Source of the DNA: an uncultured Porphyromonas sp.
Lineage (GTDB): Bacteria > Bacteroidota > Bacteroidia > Bacteroidales > Porphyromonadaceae
Length of the DNA: 64,000 nt
Reading direction: 5' to 3'
Assembly: GCA_964535945.1 (NCBI GenBank)
Contig: CAZHWP010000001.1
Coordinates: forward strand, 36,230-100,229
Position numbers and translations under genes: made by a program. Shown in pieces: positions 9,460 through 18,656 of this stretch. How positions within the stretch are numbered: the stretch's first letter is position 1; the number at the start of each line of letters is the position of its first letter. A model generated the notes under the pieces. It was not told where the DNA came from and did no database searches. It saw nothing but the letters and a program-made list of their open reading frames with translations.

Positions 9460-12400
9460 CCTCTTTGCTTGTGTCGCTTGGCTCTGAAGAATAGGATTAG
9501 CACGATTAGCAGTAGCACAACTGCGATAGGCAGTAGCAGTTTGGGCGAGGCGATCGGGTTCTTTTCGCTGCTTTGCTGCTCCTTCTTGAGGCGTTGTCCC
9601 TCTTTGCTATCGATCGATTGCTCACGGGCTTTGCTGATTTGCTCATCGTACGCCTTTTTGCTTTGTGCATCAAGGCTCTTTCCGATAAAGTCCCTCAGCT
9701 TGGCATTGTCGCATACGAAGCCGCTGCATCCAGCGCCAGCCTCTTGCAGCGACTGGGCATGCACTTCGGCCAAGCGCTTCATCTGTTCGGGACTTGCCTT
9801 CCACATCCCCTTGCGTACAGTTTCCATCATGACGGCTGTGATCTCTTGCATGGCAGCGGGGTTTTGCTGGCGGAAAAACTCTTGCACCCCTAAGTTGTTG
9901 ACGTCGTTGATGAAGGTTGCATAGATATCTTCCCATAGCTCTTTGTCGATGGCCTTGGGCTTCATCACATTCCATCCGTAAGTATTGCGGATCGTTTCGG
10001 CTAGTCCGTTGGCTGCTCCCTGCCCCTCTTTGAGTTGCTCCTTGAGGAAGGCGGGGTTGAGTATCGTGGTGCGTGCCTCTACACCGATGGCTTGCTTGAG
10101 CTCTTGCACCCGTGTTTTATGCTTGTTGCGCAGGTCATTGAAGTAGGCTTCGGGGTCTTTGCCCGTTACCTGTCTCACCGATAGGTTTAGCCCACCCATA
10201 AATTCGTAGACGTGGTCGAGGCTCAGTGCTCCCCAGGTATTGCTCTGCCTAGGTTGTACAACGGCATCGACATGCTGTAGAGCCGCTTCGAACATACCCG
10301 CTTTGAAGTCGCCCCAGCGGCCTTCCAAGCCGTAGATAGCCCCCATATTGTTGAGGTACACATCGGCAATCTCCTTTTCGTTTTCCCAGCGATCTCCGCT
10401 CTCCACCATTTCTTGTATCCCTGTGCCGTAGTTGCCATTGACTCCGCCAAATACGCGCTGTGTAGCCATCAGACGCGCGTCGGCTGGCGAGAGCCCTTTC
10501 TCGAGCAGTACACGCTCGGCATCGACAGCACCCTTAGCCACTTCATTGTCGGCTTCGTCTTTCTGGGCTGCAGCCAGATCGACTGCCTTCTGTATGAGGT
10601 AGAGTCGCGAAGCTGCTAGGTCTCTTAGCTGCCCCGAGGTTTGTACCACTACATCGATGCGCTTCCTGCCCAGCTCTTCGAGCGGAATGAGTCGGATATC
10701 CATGACACGTCCCATAGGGTCGCGTACGGGCTCTGTGCCCAGTAGGTAGAGTATCTCGGCAATGGTCGCTCCTTCGCTTTCGATGAAGCTACTGCTCCAG
10801 AGTGTAAAGCTCACTTTCTGTGGCAACTTGCCATCGTGTCGGGCGGCATAGTCGGCCAGCATATCGTCGCCCATCTTGCGCCCTTTCTCCCACGCATCGG
10901 CCGTTGGTGTCGCTTCGGCATTGATCGAATAGAGGTTTCTGCCTGTCGGTAGGGCTTGCGGATTGGCTATGTAGTCGCCACCAGGGCTTGGGGGCGTGAA
11001 GCCAGCAGCCAAGGCATTGACAAAAGCTTTGAGCTCGAGCGAAGGACTTTCCTTCAGATCTCTATAGTATTGAGCTATCTGGGCGATAGCACGTGCCAAT
11101 TCGTTGACGGCTGCCGCCATGGCCTTGTCTTCGGGGCTCAGCTTTGCTGGGTCGAGGCTAAGGGGAGCTGCATTTTGCTTGGGCTTCGCCTGCTGTGCGG
11201 CAGCCTGCTTCATCATATCCATGGGCATAGTTGCTTTTTCAGGCTTTCCGCCTCCAGCACTTTCTCCTTCTGCTGCACCCTCTTGCATCGCCATCGCTGC
11301 TTGCATACGCTTCATGCTTTCTGCCATCTCCTCTTCGCTTTTACCCATGGCGGCCATAGCCTCTTTCATACGCTTCATCTTCTCGGCTTTCTCGGCCGAG
11401 GGCTCCTTGGCCTCTTCCTTCGCTGCTGGCTTTTCATCGCTTTTCATCGCTGCAGCCATGGCACGCATCCGAGCCATCTCGGAGGCAGTAGGCATGCGTC
11501 CACCGGCACCAGCCATCATTCGTTCCTGCATGGTGCTCGTACTCTTCTTGCCCGTTTGCGAGAAAGCTTTCGATTTGGCTATCTCCATGGGGCTGATGCC
11601 CAGTGAGGCGAGTGCGGCATCTACCGCTATGTTTGCCGCTCCCAGATAGCGCTCTACTATGAGCGAGGCTGGTCTGCGGTAGTGCAGTGTAAAGAATCGT
11701 TCGCTATCTTGCTGCTTTTGGCTATAGCGCCCGCGCAGTCGGTCGATAGCTGCCAGCGAGTACGCTATTGGGTCGGTACAGATCTGTTTGATCGACGAGC
11801 GCAGCTTCTCTTCGGCAAAGGCTTCGCCTGTTTTGTACATGCCTCCTGTTATTTTGCTACTGGCTAGCTCTTCTACGAAGTCGGAGAGGCCTCGTTTTAC
11901 GGCCATTTCCTTGATCTTGAGCCCTAGGCTAGCGTCATCATTGTCCGAAGCTAAGTATTGGTCTGTGAGTTTGAGAAACTCTTCCACCTCGCCCCGTAGC
12001 TTGGTCTCCATGAAGGGAGGAGCTAGGTACGAAACCGTGGCAGCGTAGCTACGACGCTTTGCCATCATCGCCTCGCCAATATTGGCAATGGTGTAGTAAT
12101 AGACATGTGGTAGGTCGTTGACCAGCCTGTCTGTCCAGTCTTCAGACGAGAGCGCAATCTGCTTGCCAGGGATGAACTCCAAACTGCCGTGTGTGCCAAA
12201 GTGTACTAAGGCATCGGCTTGGAAGGCACGTTGGCTCCACAGATACGAAGCGATGTAGGCATAGGGGGGTACGGGGTTGGAGCCGTACACGGCCTTGAAG
12301 TCGTTGGCACCAGTGCTTTGCACAGGCTGGGGGAGTAGGGCAATATTGCCAAACTCGATGCGGGTAACGCCTAGTCCAGCCTCTCCATCCTGCTGCATCG

Positions 12401-13820
12401 TGTAGTATTCGCCCGGAGCCTCGCCATAACGCTCTTTGAGGGCAGCGATCTGTGCCGGAGTAAGCACGGCTTGCATCCAAGACCTTAGCGAGTCGGCTGC
12501 CACGAAGGCTGGGTAGCCCGATTCGCTAAACTTAGCTAGGCTTCCCTCGGCATAGCTATTGAAGATGGCTCCTTGCTTCATCACCAGCTCTTCGAAGGCT
12601 TGCAGCTTGCTTGGGAGTCCCGATACGTTGTAACCCTCGGCTTGCATCTGCTTCAGTACATTGTAGATCGAGGGGAGCGTCTCCAGCCCTTGAGCCACTA
12701 GGCTATTCTGTCCAGGTCCCTTGAAGTAGTAGATCGCAATTCGTTTGTCTTTATTGGCTTTCTGCTTCAGGGCGATATACTTGTTTATCAGTCGGGTGAA
12801 GACGTCTAAGCGTCCAGGTATGGTCTTGAAGAGTTGCAGCCCCGTCTTCTCGTCTTTTTCGAGGGCTACCAAGGCAAAGGGTAGCATCGCTCCATCGAGC
12901 TCGGGGGTAGAGACGCTCTGCGCCATAAATCCTCCCACCATACCTTGCTTATCCTCTTGCCAATTCTCTCTCAACGCATTGATAGTCAGCGCCGTAATAA
13001 CGGGGATATTCTTTTCCTTGAGCCAAGCTTCTACCTCGCTCGATCTTCCTGCTGCGATGCGTCCGTGAGGCATATAGACGATTAGGTCGGGATCGACCTT
13101 CTGCAAGAATGCCAAGCGTTTTGCTCCAGCCGAGATGGGAAAGACATTGAGCCCACTGGCTTCGAACGAAGCGACGATCTCGTCGATATGATCGCGATTT
13201 GAGTTGAACGGATTGCCAAAGCCTATAAGCAGCGCAACTCGTGGAGCGCTTTCTCGGTAGCCCTTACTTTTGTAATAGCTCAGGTAACCCTCTACCGATT
13301 CGAAGATGTCGCTATCTGTCTTGCCAAAGAGCAAGTCATTGGCATACTCGATAGGGGCTTCTACTGTACCCTCGCGTAGTTTCTTCTGTAGTATCTCTCG
13401 GCGCAGGTAGTTAAAGCCCGAGCGGTAGTTGAGCGCACCACCATAACCGATGTATTTCGATAGCTCTTCGGCTTGGATGCTATCGATAGAGCAGAGCATA
13501 TTCTGCGGATTGGTAGCCGAGAATACCATATAGGGCACTCGTTTTTTGTCGAGCTCGGCAAACCGCTCCCGATCCTCGTCGCTCCACTTTGCTCCCATCC
13601 CGAAGGCTAAGATGGCATCGCAGTCTTTCATTTTATCGAGGTCATCGACCATCATTATCTTCACATTGGCAGCATCGGCCGAGAGGCTCATCCTTGCCGC
13701 CATAAATTGGGGGAAGTTTACGAGCCCTATCTTCGATGGCTGCGGACGGAACAGCCATATAGCAGCAGCCACTAGGGCTACTACGGCGATGAGTGAGAGT
13801 ACGAGTGATTTTTTCTTCAT
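9456..13820 (-). CDS. hmuS: CobN/Mg-chelatase-like protein HmuS (heme iron removal)
   Basis: HFGTHGSLEFIPGKQ, LPTGRNLYSI, RIDVVVQTSG and ALSLDHVYEFMGG motifs, N- and C-terminal TM anchors and a Met-rich insertion. Sits in its operon position after hmuR. Confidence 0.9.
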   Translation of the reverse strand: MKKKSLVLSLIAVVALVAAAIWLFRPQPSKIGLVNFPQFMAARMSLSADAANVKIMMVDDLDKMKDCDAILAFGMGAKWSDEDRERFAELDKKRVPYMVFSATNPQNMLCSIDSIQAEELSKYIGYGGALNYRSGFNYLRREILQKKLREGTVEAPIEYANDLLFGKTDSDIFESVEGYLSYYKSKGYRESAPRVALLIGFGNPFNSNRDHIDEIVASFEASGLNVFPISAGAKRLAFLQKVDPDLIVYMPHGRIAAGRSSEVEAWLKEKNIPVITALTINALRENWQEDKQGMVGGFMAQSVSTPELDGAMLPFALVALEKDEKTGLQLFKTIPGRLDVFTRLINKYIALKQKANKDKRIAIYYFKGPGQNSLVAQGLETLPSIYNVLKQMQAEGYNVSGLPSKLQAFEELVMKQGAIFNSYAEGSLAKFSESGYPAFVAADSLRSWMQAVLTPAQIAALKERYGEAPGEYYTMQQDGEAGLGVTRIEFGNIALLPQPVQSTGANDFKAVYGSNPVPPYAYIASYLWSQRAFQADALVHFGTHGSLEFIPGKQIALSSEDWTDRLVNDLPHVYYYTIANIGEAMMAKRRSYAATVSYLAPPFMETKLRGEVEEFLKLTDQYLASDNDDASLGLKIKEMAVKRGLSDFVEELASSKITGGMYKTGEAFAEEKLRSSIKQICTDPIAYSLAAIDRLRGRYSQKQQDSERFFTLHYRRPASLIVERYLGAANIAVDAALASLGISPMEIAKSKAFSQTGKKSTSTMQERMMAGAGGRMPTASEMARMRAMAAAMKSDEKPAAKEEAKEPSAEKAEKMKRMKEAMAAMGKSEEEMAESMKRMQAAMAMQEGAAEGESAGGGKPEKATMPMDMMKQAAAQQAKPKQNAAPLSLDPAKLSPEDKAMAAAVNELARAIAQIAQYYRDLKESPSLELKAFVNALAAGFTPPSPGGDYIANPQALPTGRNLYSINAEATPTADAWEKGRKMGDDMLADYAARHDGKLPQKVSFTLWSSSFIESEGATIAEILYLLGTEPVRDPMGRVMDIRLIPLEELGRKRIDVVVQTSGQLRDLAASRLYLIQKAVDLAAAQKDEADNEVAKGAVDAERVLLEKGLSPADARLMATQRVFGGVNGNYGTGIQEMVESGDRWENEKEIADVYLNNMGAIYGLEGRWGDFKAGMFEAALQHVDAVVQPRQSNTWGALSLDHVYEFMGGLNLSVRQVTGKDPEAYFNDLRNKHKTRVQELKQAIGVEARTTILNPAFLKEQLKEGQGAANGLAETIRNTYGWNVMKPKAIDKELWEDIYATFINDVNNLGVQEFFRQQNPAAMQEITAVMMETVRKGMWKASPEQMKRLAEVHAQSLQEAGAGCSGFVCDNAKLRDFIGKSLDAQSKKAYDEQISKAREQSIDSKEGQRLKKEQQSSEKNPIASPKLLLPIAVVLLLIVLILFFRAKRHKQRG

Positions 13821-13856
13821 CGGATTTCTTTGTTTTATTTAGATCTACTGTTTTTT

Positions 13857-15812
13857 TTATATTGCTATTCGTATCATCCCGAAGTAGCTTCGCCCGGGCG
13901 AGATGGGCGAGTTGAAGGCGATGCTCTTGGCTCGATAGTCAAACAGATTTTCTATCCCGAGCAGCAGTGTGTATCGTTGTTGGAATCGCATTTCGCTACT
14001 TAGCCTACACATCAGGTAGCTGGGGTAGCTGCGTGCTTCGAGTAGCTGATCGGCATTGTACGAGGCTGCTTTCAGCTGCGATAGGTAGCGTGCCGAAAAG
14101 TTGGCTGCAAGATCCCATTTGCGGTCAGCAAACTTGTAGCGGTAGCTCAGTGTGGCGGTAGCAGCATGTGGGCGCGTATTGGACGTGCTCATCTTCGTGC
14201 CAGCTTTGTCTTCGATCGTACGGCGGTCGTGCGTGTAGGTATAGGCCGCACGCAGCTCAAAGCCATAAGGTAGTAGCACGCTGCTCTGCGCCTCGATGCC
14301 AAAAATGCCCATACTACCAGGTACATTGATATAGGCGTAGTTTATGCCCTGTTTTTCGAGTTCGATACGGCTACGTATACGATTGTAAAATATATTCCCC
14401 ATTACACTCAGCTTGTCCCACCTGCTTTCGCTCGATAGCGATATCATGCGGCTTTTCTCGGGCTTTAGGTCGGGATTGCCAAGGATGTAGAAGGGTTGGT
14501 GATTGAAGAAGAAATACTGCTCTTGTAGCGATGGCGCACGATAGCCTTCGGAGTAGGAGAGTCGCTGTGTGCAGCGCCCTAAGCGATGCATAGCACTGAG
14601 GCGTGAGGTATAGAAGTTGCCAAAGCCTGAATGATTGTCGAAGCGTCCGCCGTAGCTCAGACTGAAGTCTCTGTCGATGTGGAATACATATTGACCATAG
14701 AGCACTGCACTGCGGTTGCTCTTGCCGCCAGGGCTATCGGGCGAGCTTAGTCGATCGGCTTCTACCGCATCGTACGTATATTCTGCACCTAGGTTGATCA
14801 GGTGCTTTTCGTTCAAGTCTAAGTTGTACTGCGTACGCAGGTGATGGAGCTTTTCGCTGAATATGCGACGCTTTTCTTGGTTTTCGGTTTTTACCAAGCA
14901 GGTATCTCGTACATAATTGCTGTAGTGATAGCTGAGATCCAAGCTCGAGCGCTCGTTGAGCTGCCATTGGGCCGAGCTATGGATATCGTACGAGCGGTAG
15001 AGGAAATCGATCTTGTCGTTCCAGTGCTGCGAGCGCAGGTTGGCTAGCCCCGAAACTCTGAAGCTAAGAGCCTCCGAAGCCTTTAGGTCAAAGCGTTGAC
15101 TCAATTGCCAGCTATCATTACCAGCAATATTCTGTTCGTTGTCGAGTGCATCGCTAAGCTTGTAGCCAATTTCGCGGCGGTACTGGAGCCCCGTTTTACT
15201 TGCTATCGAGTTCCAACGAGCCGTCGCCATCAAGTCGTACTTCTGCCCGAGGCGAGAGTCGATCCTGGCCGAGGCGTTTAGCTCGAGTGGTTTACGTCCC
15301 GTACGGGTGATGATATTGATGACACCCCCGATGGCATTCGAGCCGTAGAGTGCCGATGAGGCTCCACGCAGTACTTCGATTCGCTCAATGTCATCGGGAT
15401 TGATACGTTCGAAGTCGATGCCTGCACTCGTGCCCGTCGAGATGAGCTCGCCATCGATCAGGAAGAGCATCGACTTGAGGTCGAAGCCCTGAGCATTGAT
15501 TTCGTCTCGGGGGCCATGCTTGCGAAATTCTATCCCCGGCATGATATATTGTAGCAGATCGATGAAGTTGCTGGGTGCAATTTGCGCGATCTCTTTGGCC
15601 TTTACTATGCGAATAGGTGTAGGCACATCTTTGAGTAGGCGGATGGTGCGGCTACCTGTTACTACCACATCGTCGAGGCTCAGATTGGACGAGACGGTCG
15701 TGTCGATAGGGCTGACAGCAGGTGGCGTAGAAGCGTATGCTGGTAGAGCCAGTAGGGCTATATATAGCGAAAGCAGACCGCTGAGGGTCTGCTTTCTGTG
15801 TAGATTTTTCAT
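13857..15812 (-). CDS. hmuR: TonB-dependent heme receptor HmuR
   Basis: Plug motif IERIEVLRGASSALYGSNAIGGVINIIT. YRAP...H...NPDL heme-receptor motif. Directly follows hmuY. Confidence 0.88.
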   Translation of the reverse strand: MKNLHRKQTLSGLLSLYIALLALPAYASTPPAVSPIDTTVSSNLSLDDVVVTGSRTIRLLKDVPTPIRIVKAKEIAQIAPSNFIDLLQYIMPGIEFRKHGPRDEINAQGFDLKSMLFLIDGELISTGTSAGIDFERINPDDIERIEVLRGASSALYGSNAIGGVINIITRTGRKPLELNASARIDSRLGQKYDLMATARWNSIASKTGLQYRREIGYKLSDALDNEQNIAGNDSWQLSQRFDLKASEALSFRVSGLANLRSQHWNDKIDFLYRSYDIHSSAQWQLNERSSLDLSYHYSNYVRDTCLVKTENQEKRRIFSEKLHHLRTQYNLDLNEKHLINLGAEYTYDAVEADRLSSPDSPGGKSNRSAVLYGQYVFHIDRDFSLSYGGRFDNHSGFGNFYTSRLSAMHRLGRCTQRLSYSEGYRAPSLQEQYFFFNHQPFYILGNPDLKPEKSRMISLSSESRWDKLSVMGNIFYNRIRSRIELEKQGINYAYINVPGSMGIFGIEAQSSVLLPYGFELRAAYTYTHDRRTIEDKAGTKMSTSNTRPHAATATLSYRYKFADRKWDLAANFSARYLSQLKAASYNADQLLEARSYPSYLMCRLSSEMRFQQRYTLLLGIENLFDYRAKSIAFNSPISPGRSYFGMIRIAI

Positions 15813-15830
15813 TCGTCCCTCGCTTTTCGA

Positions 15831-16484
15831 TTACTTTACGGGATACGTATAGGTAAAGGTGATGTGTCCTTTCTTGAGGTCGGCGCTTTGGTAGTCTGTA
15901 AACTGGATCTTGGCGATCTTGCCATCGGCACCCTTGGCGAAATAGACCTTCTTGGAGAGTTTATACTGAGGCCCCATAGCTCCATGAGCCATCTCGAGCC
16001 AGCCACCTTGGGCAAATCCCATGGCGTTTTTCTTGCCCGTTATCTCTTCGTTGAAGCCCTGCTCTTCGGTTTCCATTTCATGGCCACCAGGCCCCATGGC
16101 ATATTTGATCGTGATGCGACCGAGCAGGTCTGTTACGTATCCGTCTGTAGGAATCGTAGTCGCTTGGTCCATCTCCGTCTTGCCCGAGTAGATCGCTCCA
16201 CCTTTTCCCTTACCGCTCTCGCCGCAGTTTAGTCGCACATCGTAGCGGTGCAGCGCCATATCCCAGCTGAGGTCGTTTTTGTAGTCGCTTACCGTTACTA
16301 CTTCGCCTTTTGCAAACGAGAAGTACTGCCAGCTTTCGTATTTCGAAGTGTCCACTGTAACAGTCTTTGTTACGGCTGTTTCTTCGGGGTTTGGCGTAGG
16401 GGGTTCATCTTTCTTCTTATCGCAGGCAGCCAGCAGGGCTATTAAAGGTAAGGCGCAGAGAGCCAAAGTAAGTTTTGTCTTCAT
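15831..16484 (-). CDS. hmuY: Heme-binding lipoprotein HmuY
   Basis: Lipobox LAAC, WDMALHRYDVRLNCG and C-terminal GHITFTYTYPVK. Closely resembles P. gingivalis HmuY as recalled. Confidence 0.93.
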   Translation of the reverse strand: MKTKLTLALCALPLIALLAACDKKKDEPPTPNPEETAVTKTVTVDTSKYESWQYFSFAKGEVVTVSDYKNDLSWDMALHRYDVRLNCGESGKGKGGAIYSGKTEMDQATTIPTDGYVTDLLGRITIKYAMGPGGHEMETEEQGFNEEITGKKNAMGFAQGGWLEMAHGAMGPQYKLSKKVYFAKGADGKIAKIQFTDYQSADLKKGHITFTYTYPVK

Positions 16485-16957
16485 TTTTGCTTGTATTTAT
16501 TGGTTTGGTTTTTCTGAGTGCAAAGTTCGTGGCTTCGCCTTATTGTCACAATCGCTATTTCTCGGTATTTGAACCGAGCTCTTTACACACTAAGTAGGTA
16601 GTTTGAGGCTGCAGTATTGCTCTTCTAATGATTCTTGATGTTTTTAGAATAGCTTGTAGTGCCACAAGCTTTTGTTTGATGCCCTTGAATTCTCTGTCCA
16701 GGATTTTCCTCGTATGTTTGCATGCCCGATGATTACATCTCCATCGATAGCCCTAGATAACGTAGAGGCGAAGATGCACCATCCAGAATTGTCATCGTCG
16801 TTTGTCTCCCCTATTCCTAGCAAAGTAGCGCTAGGATGCTAGCATAACCTGGGGCTAGAAATCAAAACCGATCTCTTCGGGGTGCTTCTTTGGCCGACGA
16901 TGGAGCAGCTCAACTTGAGGTTGCGCTACAAAGTTTAATTGTGCTCGTAGGGTGTAA

Positions 16958-17240
16958 TTTGGTGTGTTTACGTACCAAGTTGCAACGCTTCTAAAGGATA
17001 CTGCTTTTAGAACTATAGGTGATGAAAACAGGATTATTGAGCTTCCGAAAATATTCTCCGTAGATTTTTTTCAATCTTCCGTAGATTTGAAAAAATCTAC
17101 GGAAGATTGGAACTCAACTACCCTAGGTTTTTAGGGAAAATAGGGCTTGTTTTTTGGCGTACTTCGGACTGCATTTTTGCATCTCGTTGATTGTCAGCCA
17201 ATTGTAAGAATCCATTATTTTGACCCAACAGCCCCTTCGC
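16958..17240. mobile_element. MITE-like / minisatellite-containing repeat element, copy A
   Basis: Leader tttggtgtgtttacgtaccaa (16958-16978) matches 63832-63852 at 20/21 nt. It is followed by tccgtagattt units 21 nt apart and a perfect 17-bp hairpin (17072-17088/17093-17109). The right boundary is approximate. Confidence 0.55.
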
Positions 17241-17503
17241 ACGCAAATAACGCAAGGAGAGTGCTCTATTTGCCGATTTTTCGCCTCCGTTTTGTTTCAG
17301 ATAGTACGAACCGGTACTAAAATGGTGACTTTGTAAGGTGGCGAAACTAACTTGTGTTTACTGTCGCCTTATTGGGACAGATGGTGGCGTTCGTTTTTTT
17401 TCTGCTAAGGGGATATCCCTACCCCAGGATAGGAATAGGGCGAAGCCGCTTCCTTTCCTGGGCTAACATTAAAGATCTGTCCATCGGACAAGAACGGACG
17501 TGT

Positions 17504-17616
17504 AGGGATAAGGATCGAGCGCAGCTAGTGCTTTCGTCGCCCAAACGTGTGAAACGAAATTCAAATAAAATGCTAGGTGTATATAATATTGGGGGGACTG
17601 TGTCGAAATCTGGAGA
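17504..17616 (+). repeat. ~110-bp direct repeat, copy 1
   Basis: agggataaggatcgagcgcagctagtgctttcgtcgcccaaacgtg...ctgtgtcgaaatctggaga is nearly identical to 18333-18441. Confidence 0.9.
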
Positions 17617-17626
17617 ATTTATTTTT

Positions 17627-18334
17627 CTTGACTTCGACAATGCGTCACCCCTTAGCTTTGTGTATTGCTGACACCTAATGTGTTATAAATTCGAGCTTTC
17701 ATCTTTGGGTGATGCAATGGCGAAATTGGAAGAGTGTTCTATCCCAGAATGGGATATGCTTTGGTTTAGCCCAGGGATTAAATGACGCCCAGCGGGTGAC
17801 ATGTTCCCTGGGTAATAGTGCAGACGTAAATCCGCCACGCTAGTCTGAAAGACATTCTTGGCGCTAGATACTTCAATGCCCGCCGGGCATGTAGCTTATC
17901 AGTCGCTAAAAGGCGTTGGCGATCGTACTTACCAATTAAAACGATCACAGATAAGCTTGAATTTCATCTCTTTTGAACTGTTGCGATGCTAGCATTATGC
18001 CCTATTTCCACGAAGAATGCGAATCGAATCTATAGGGCTACATGCCTTGTCAGGCATTGAACTTTGTTCCATCAGGCAAACCTTTCAGGCTTGCCTGATG
18101 GCAGGTCGGGGCAAACATCCTTACCCAGGGAACAGCACCTCACTTCGTTCGGTGGCTTATCCCTGGGCTATTCCGAAGCGAATCCCCGTCGGGGATTTAG
18201 GCTGACGCAAGAAGGCCAGATCGTAGGCTAATAGGTCTTCCCATATTTAAAAGTATAAGTTAAGAGTCTAAGCGTCAGTTCGATTGCTGCGATTCTGAAT
18301 CGAATCAAATGGGTGACGCATTGTCGAAGTCAAG
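17627..18334. repeat. Segment bounded by perfect 24-bp inverted repeats
   Basis: cttgacttcgacaatgcgtcaccc (17627-17650) is the exact reverse complement of gggtgacgcattgtcgaagtcaag (18311-18334). Confidence 0.92.
17740..18197. repeat. Inverted pair of REP-like multi-hairpin modules (17740-17895 minus; 18037-18197 plus)
   Basis: Both read gctacatgcc..ggcattgaa, (c)tttca(g) hairpin, ttacccagggaaca..atccctgggcta, terminal hairpin. A partial third copy lies at 17421-17492. Confidence 0.8.
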
Positions 18335-18441
18335 GGATGAGGATCGAGCACAGCTAGTGCTTTCGTCGCCCAAACGTGCGAAACGAAAATCAAACAAAAG
18401 CCAGGTGTATATAAAATGGGGGCTGTGTCGAAATCTGGAGA
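18333..18441 (+). repeat. ~110-bp direct repeat, copy 2
   Basis: Matches 17504-17616 with few substitutions or indels. Confidence 0.9.
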
Positions 18442-18590
18442 TGTTATTGTTTTTGTTTTGTATTCTTGAGTGTGCAAAATGTCGGTTGAATTGTGTTTTG
18501 GAGAATACAATCTAAGGAAATCTGCTTTGACTACCTTGTGTATGCTTCCGTTAATAATGCGCAGAATGTGGTCTGGATTGCTGATAAAAT

Positions 18591-18656
18591 GAAAGGGGCT
18601 TGTCTCACGACAAGCCCCTTTCCATTAACCTTAAATCTAATACCATGAAAAACACG
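18591..18656 (-). ncRNA. Putative small RNA with Bacteroidales core GTTTTTCATGGTATTAGATTTAAGGTTAAT plus terminator
   Basis: On the minus strand: -7 element TAGATTTG (18660-18667), then the core, then a perfect 14-bp stem gaaaggggcttgtc/gacaagcccctttc (18591-18622). No ORF present. Confidence 0.6.

Noticed and set aside
16570-16950. Possible pseudogene fragment upstream of hmuY
   Set aside because: The short open frames lack a credible start and resemble no family I recognise.
17354-18515. Short ORFs in the repeat region (17354-17671, 17419-17640, 18268-18510, 18309-18515) as transposase remnants
   Set aside because: No DDE or HUH motifs are present. Their mutual similarity comes from the ~110-bp direct repeat.
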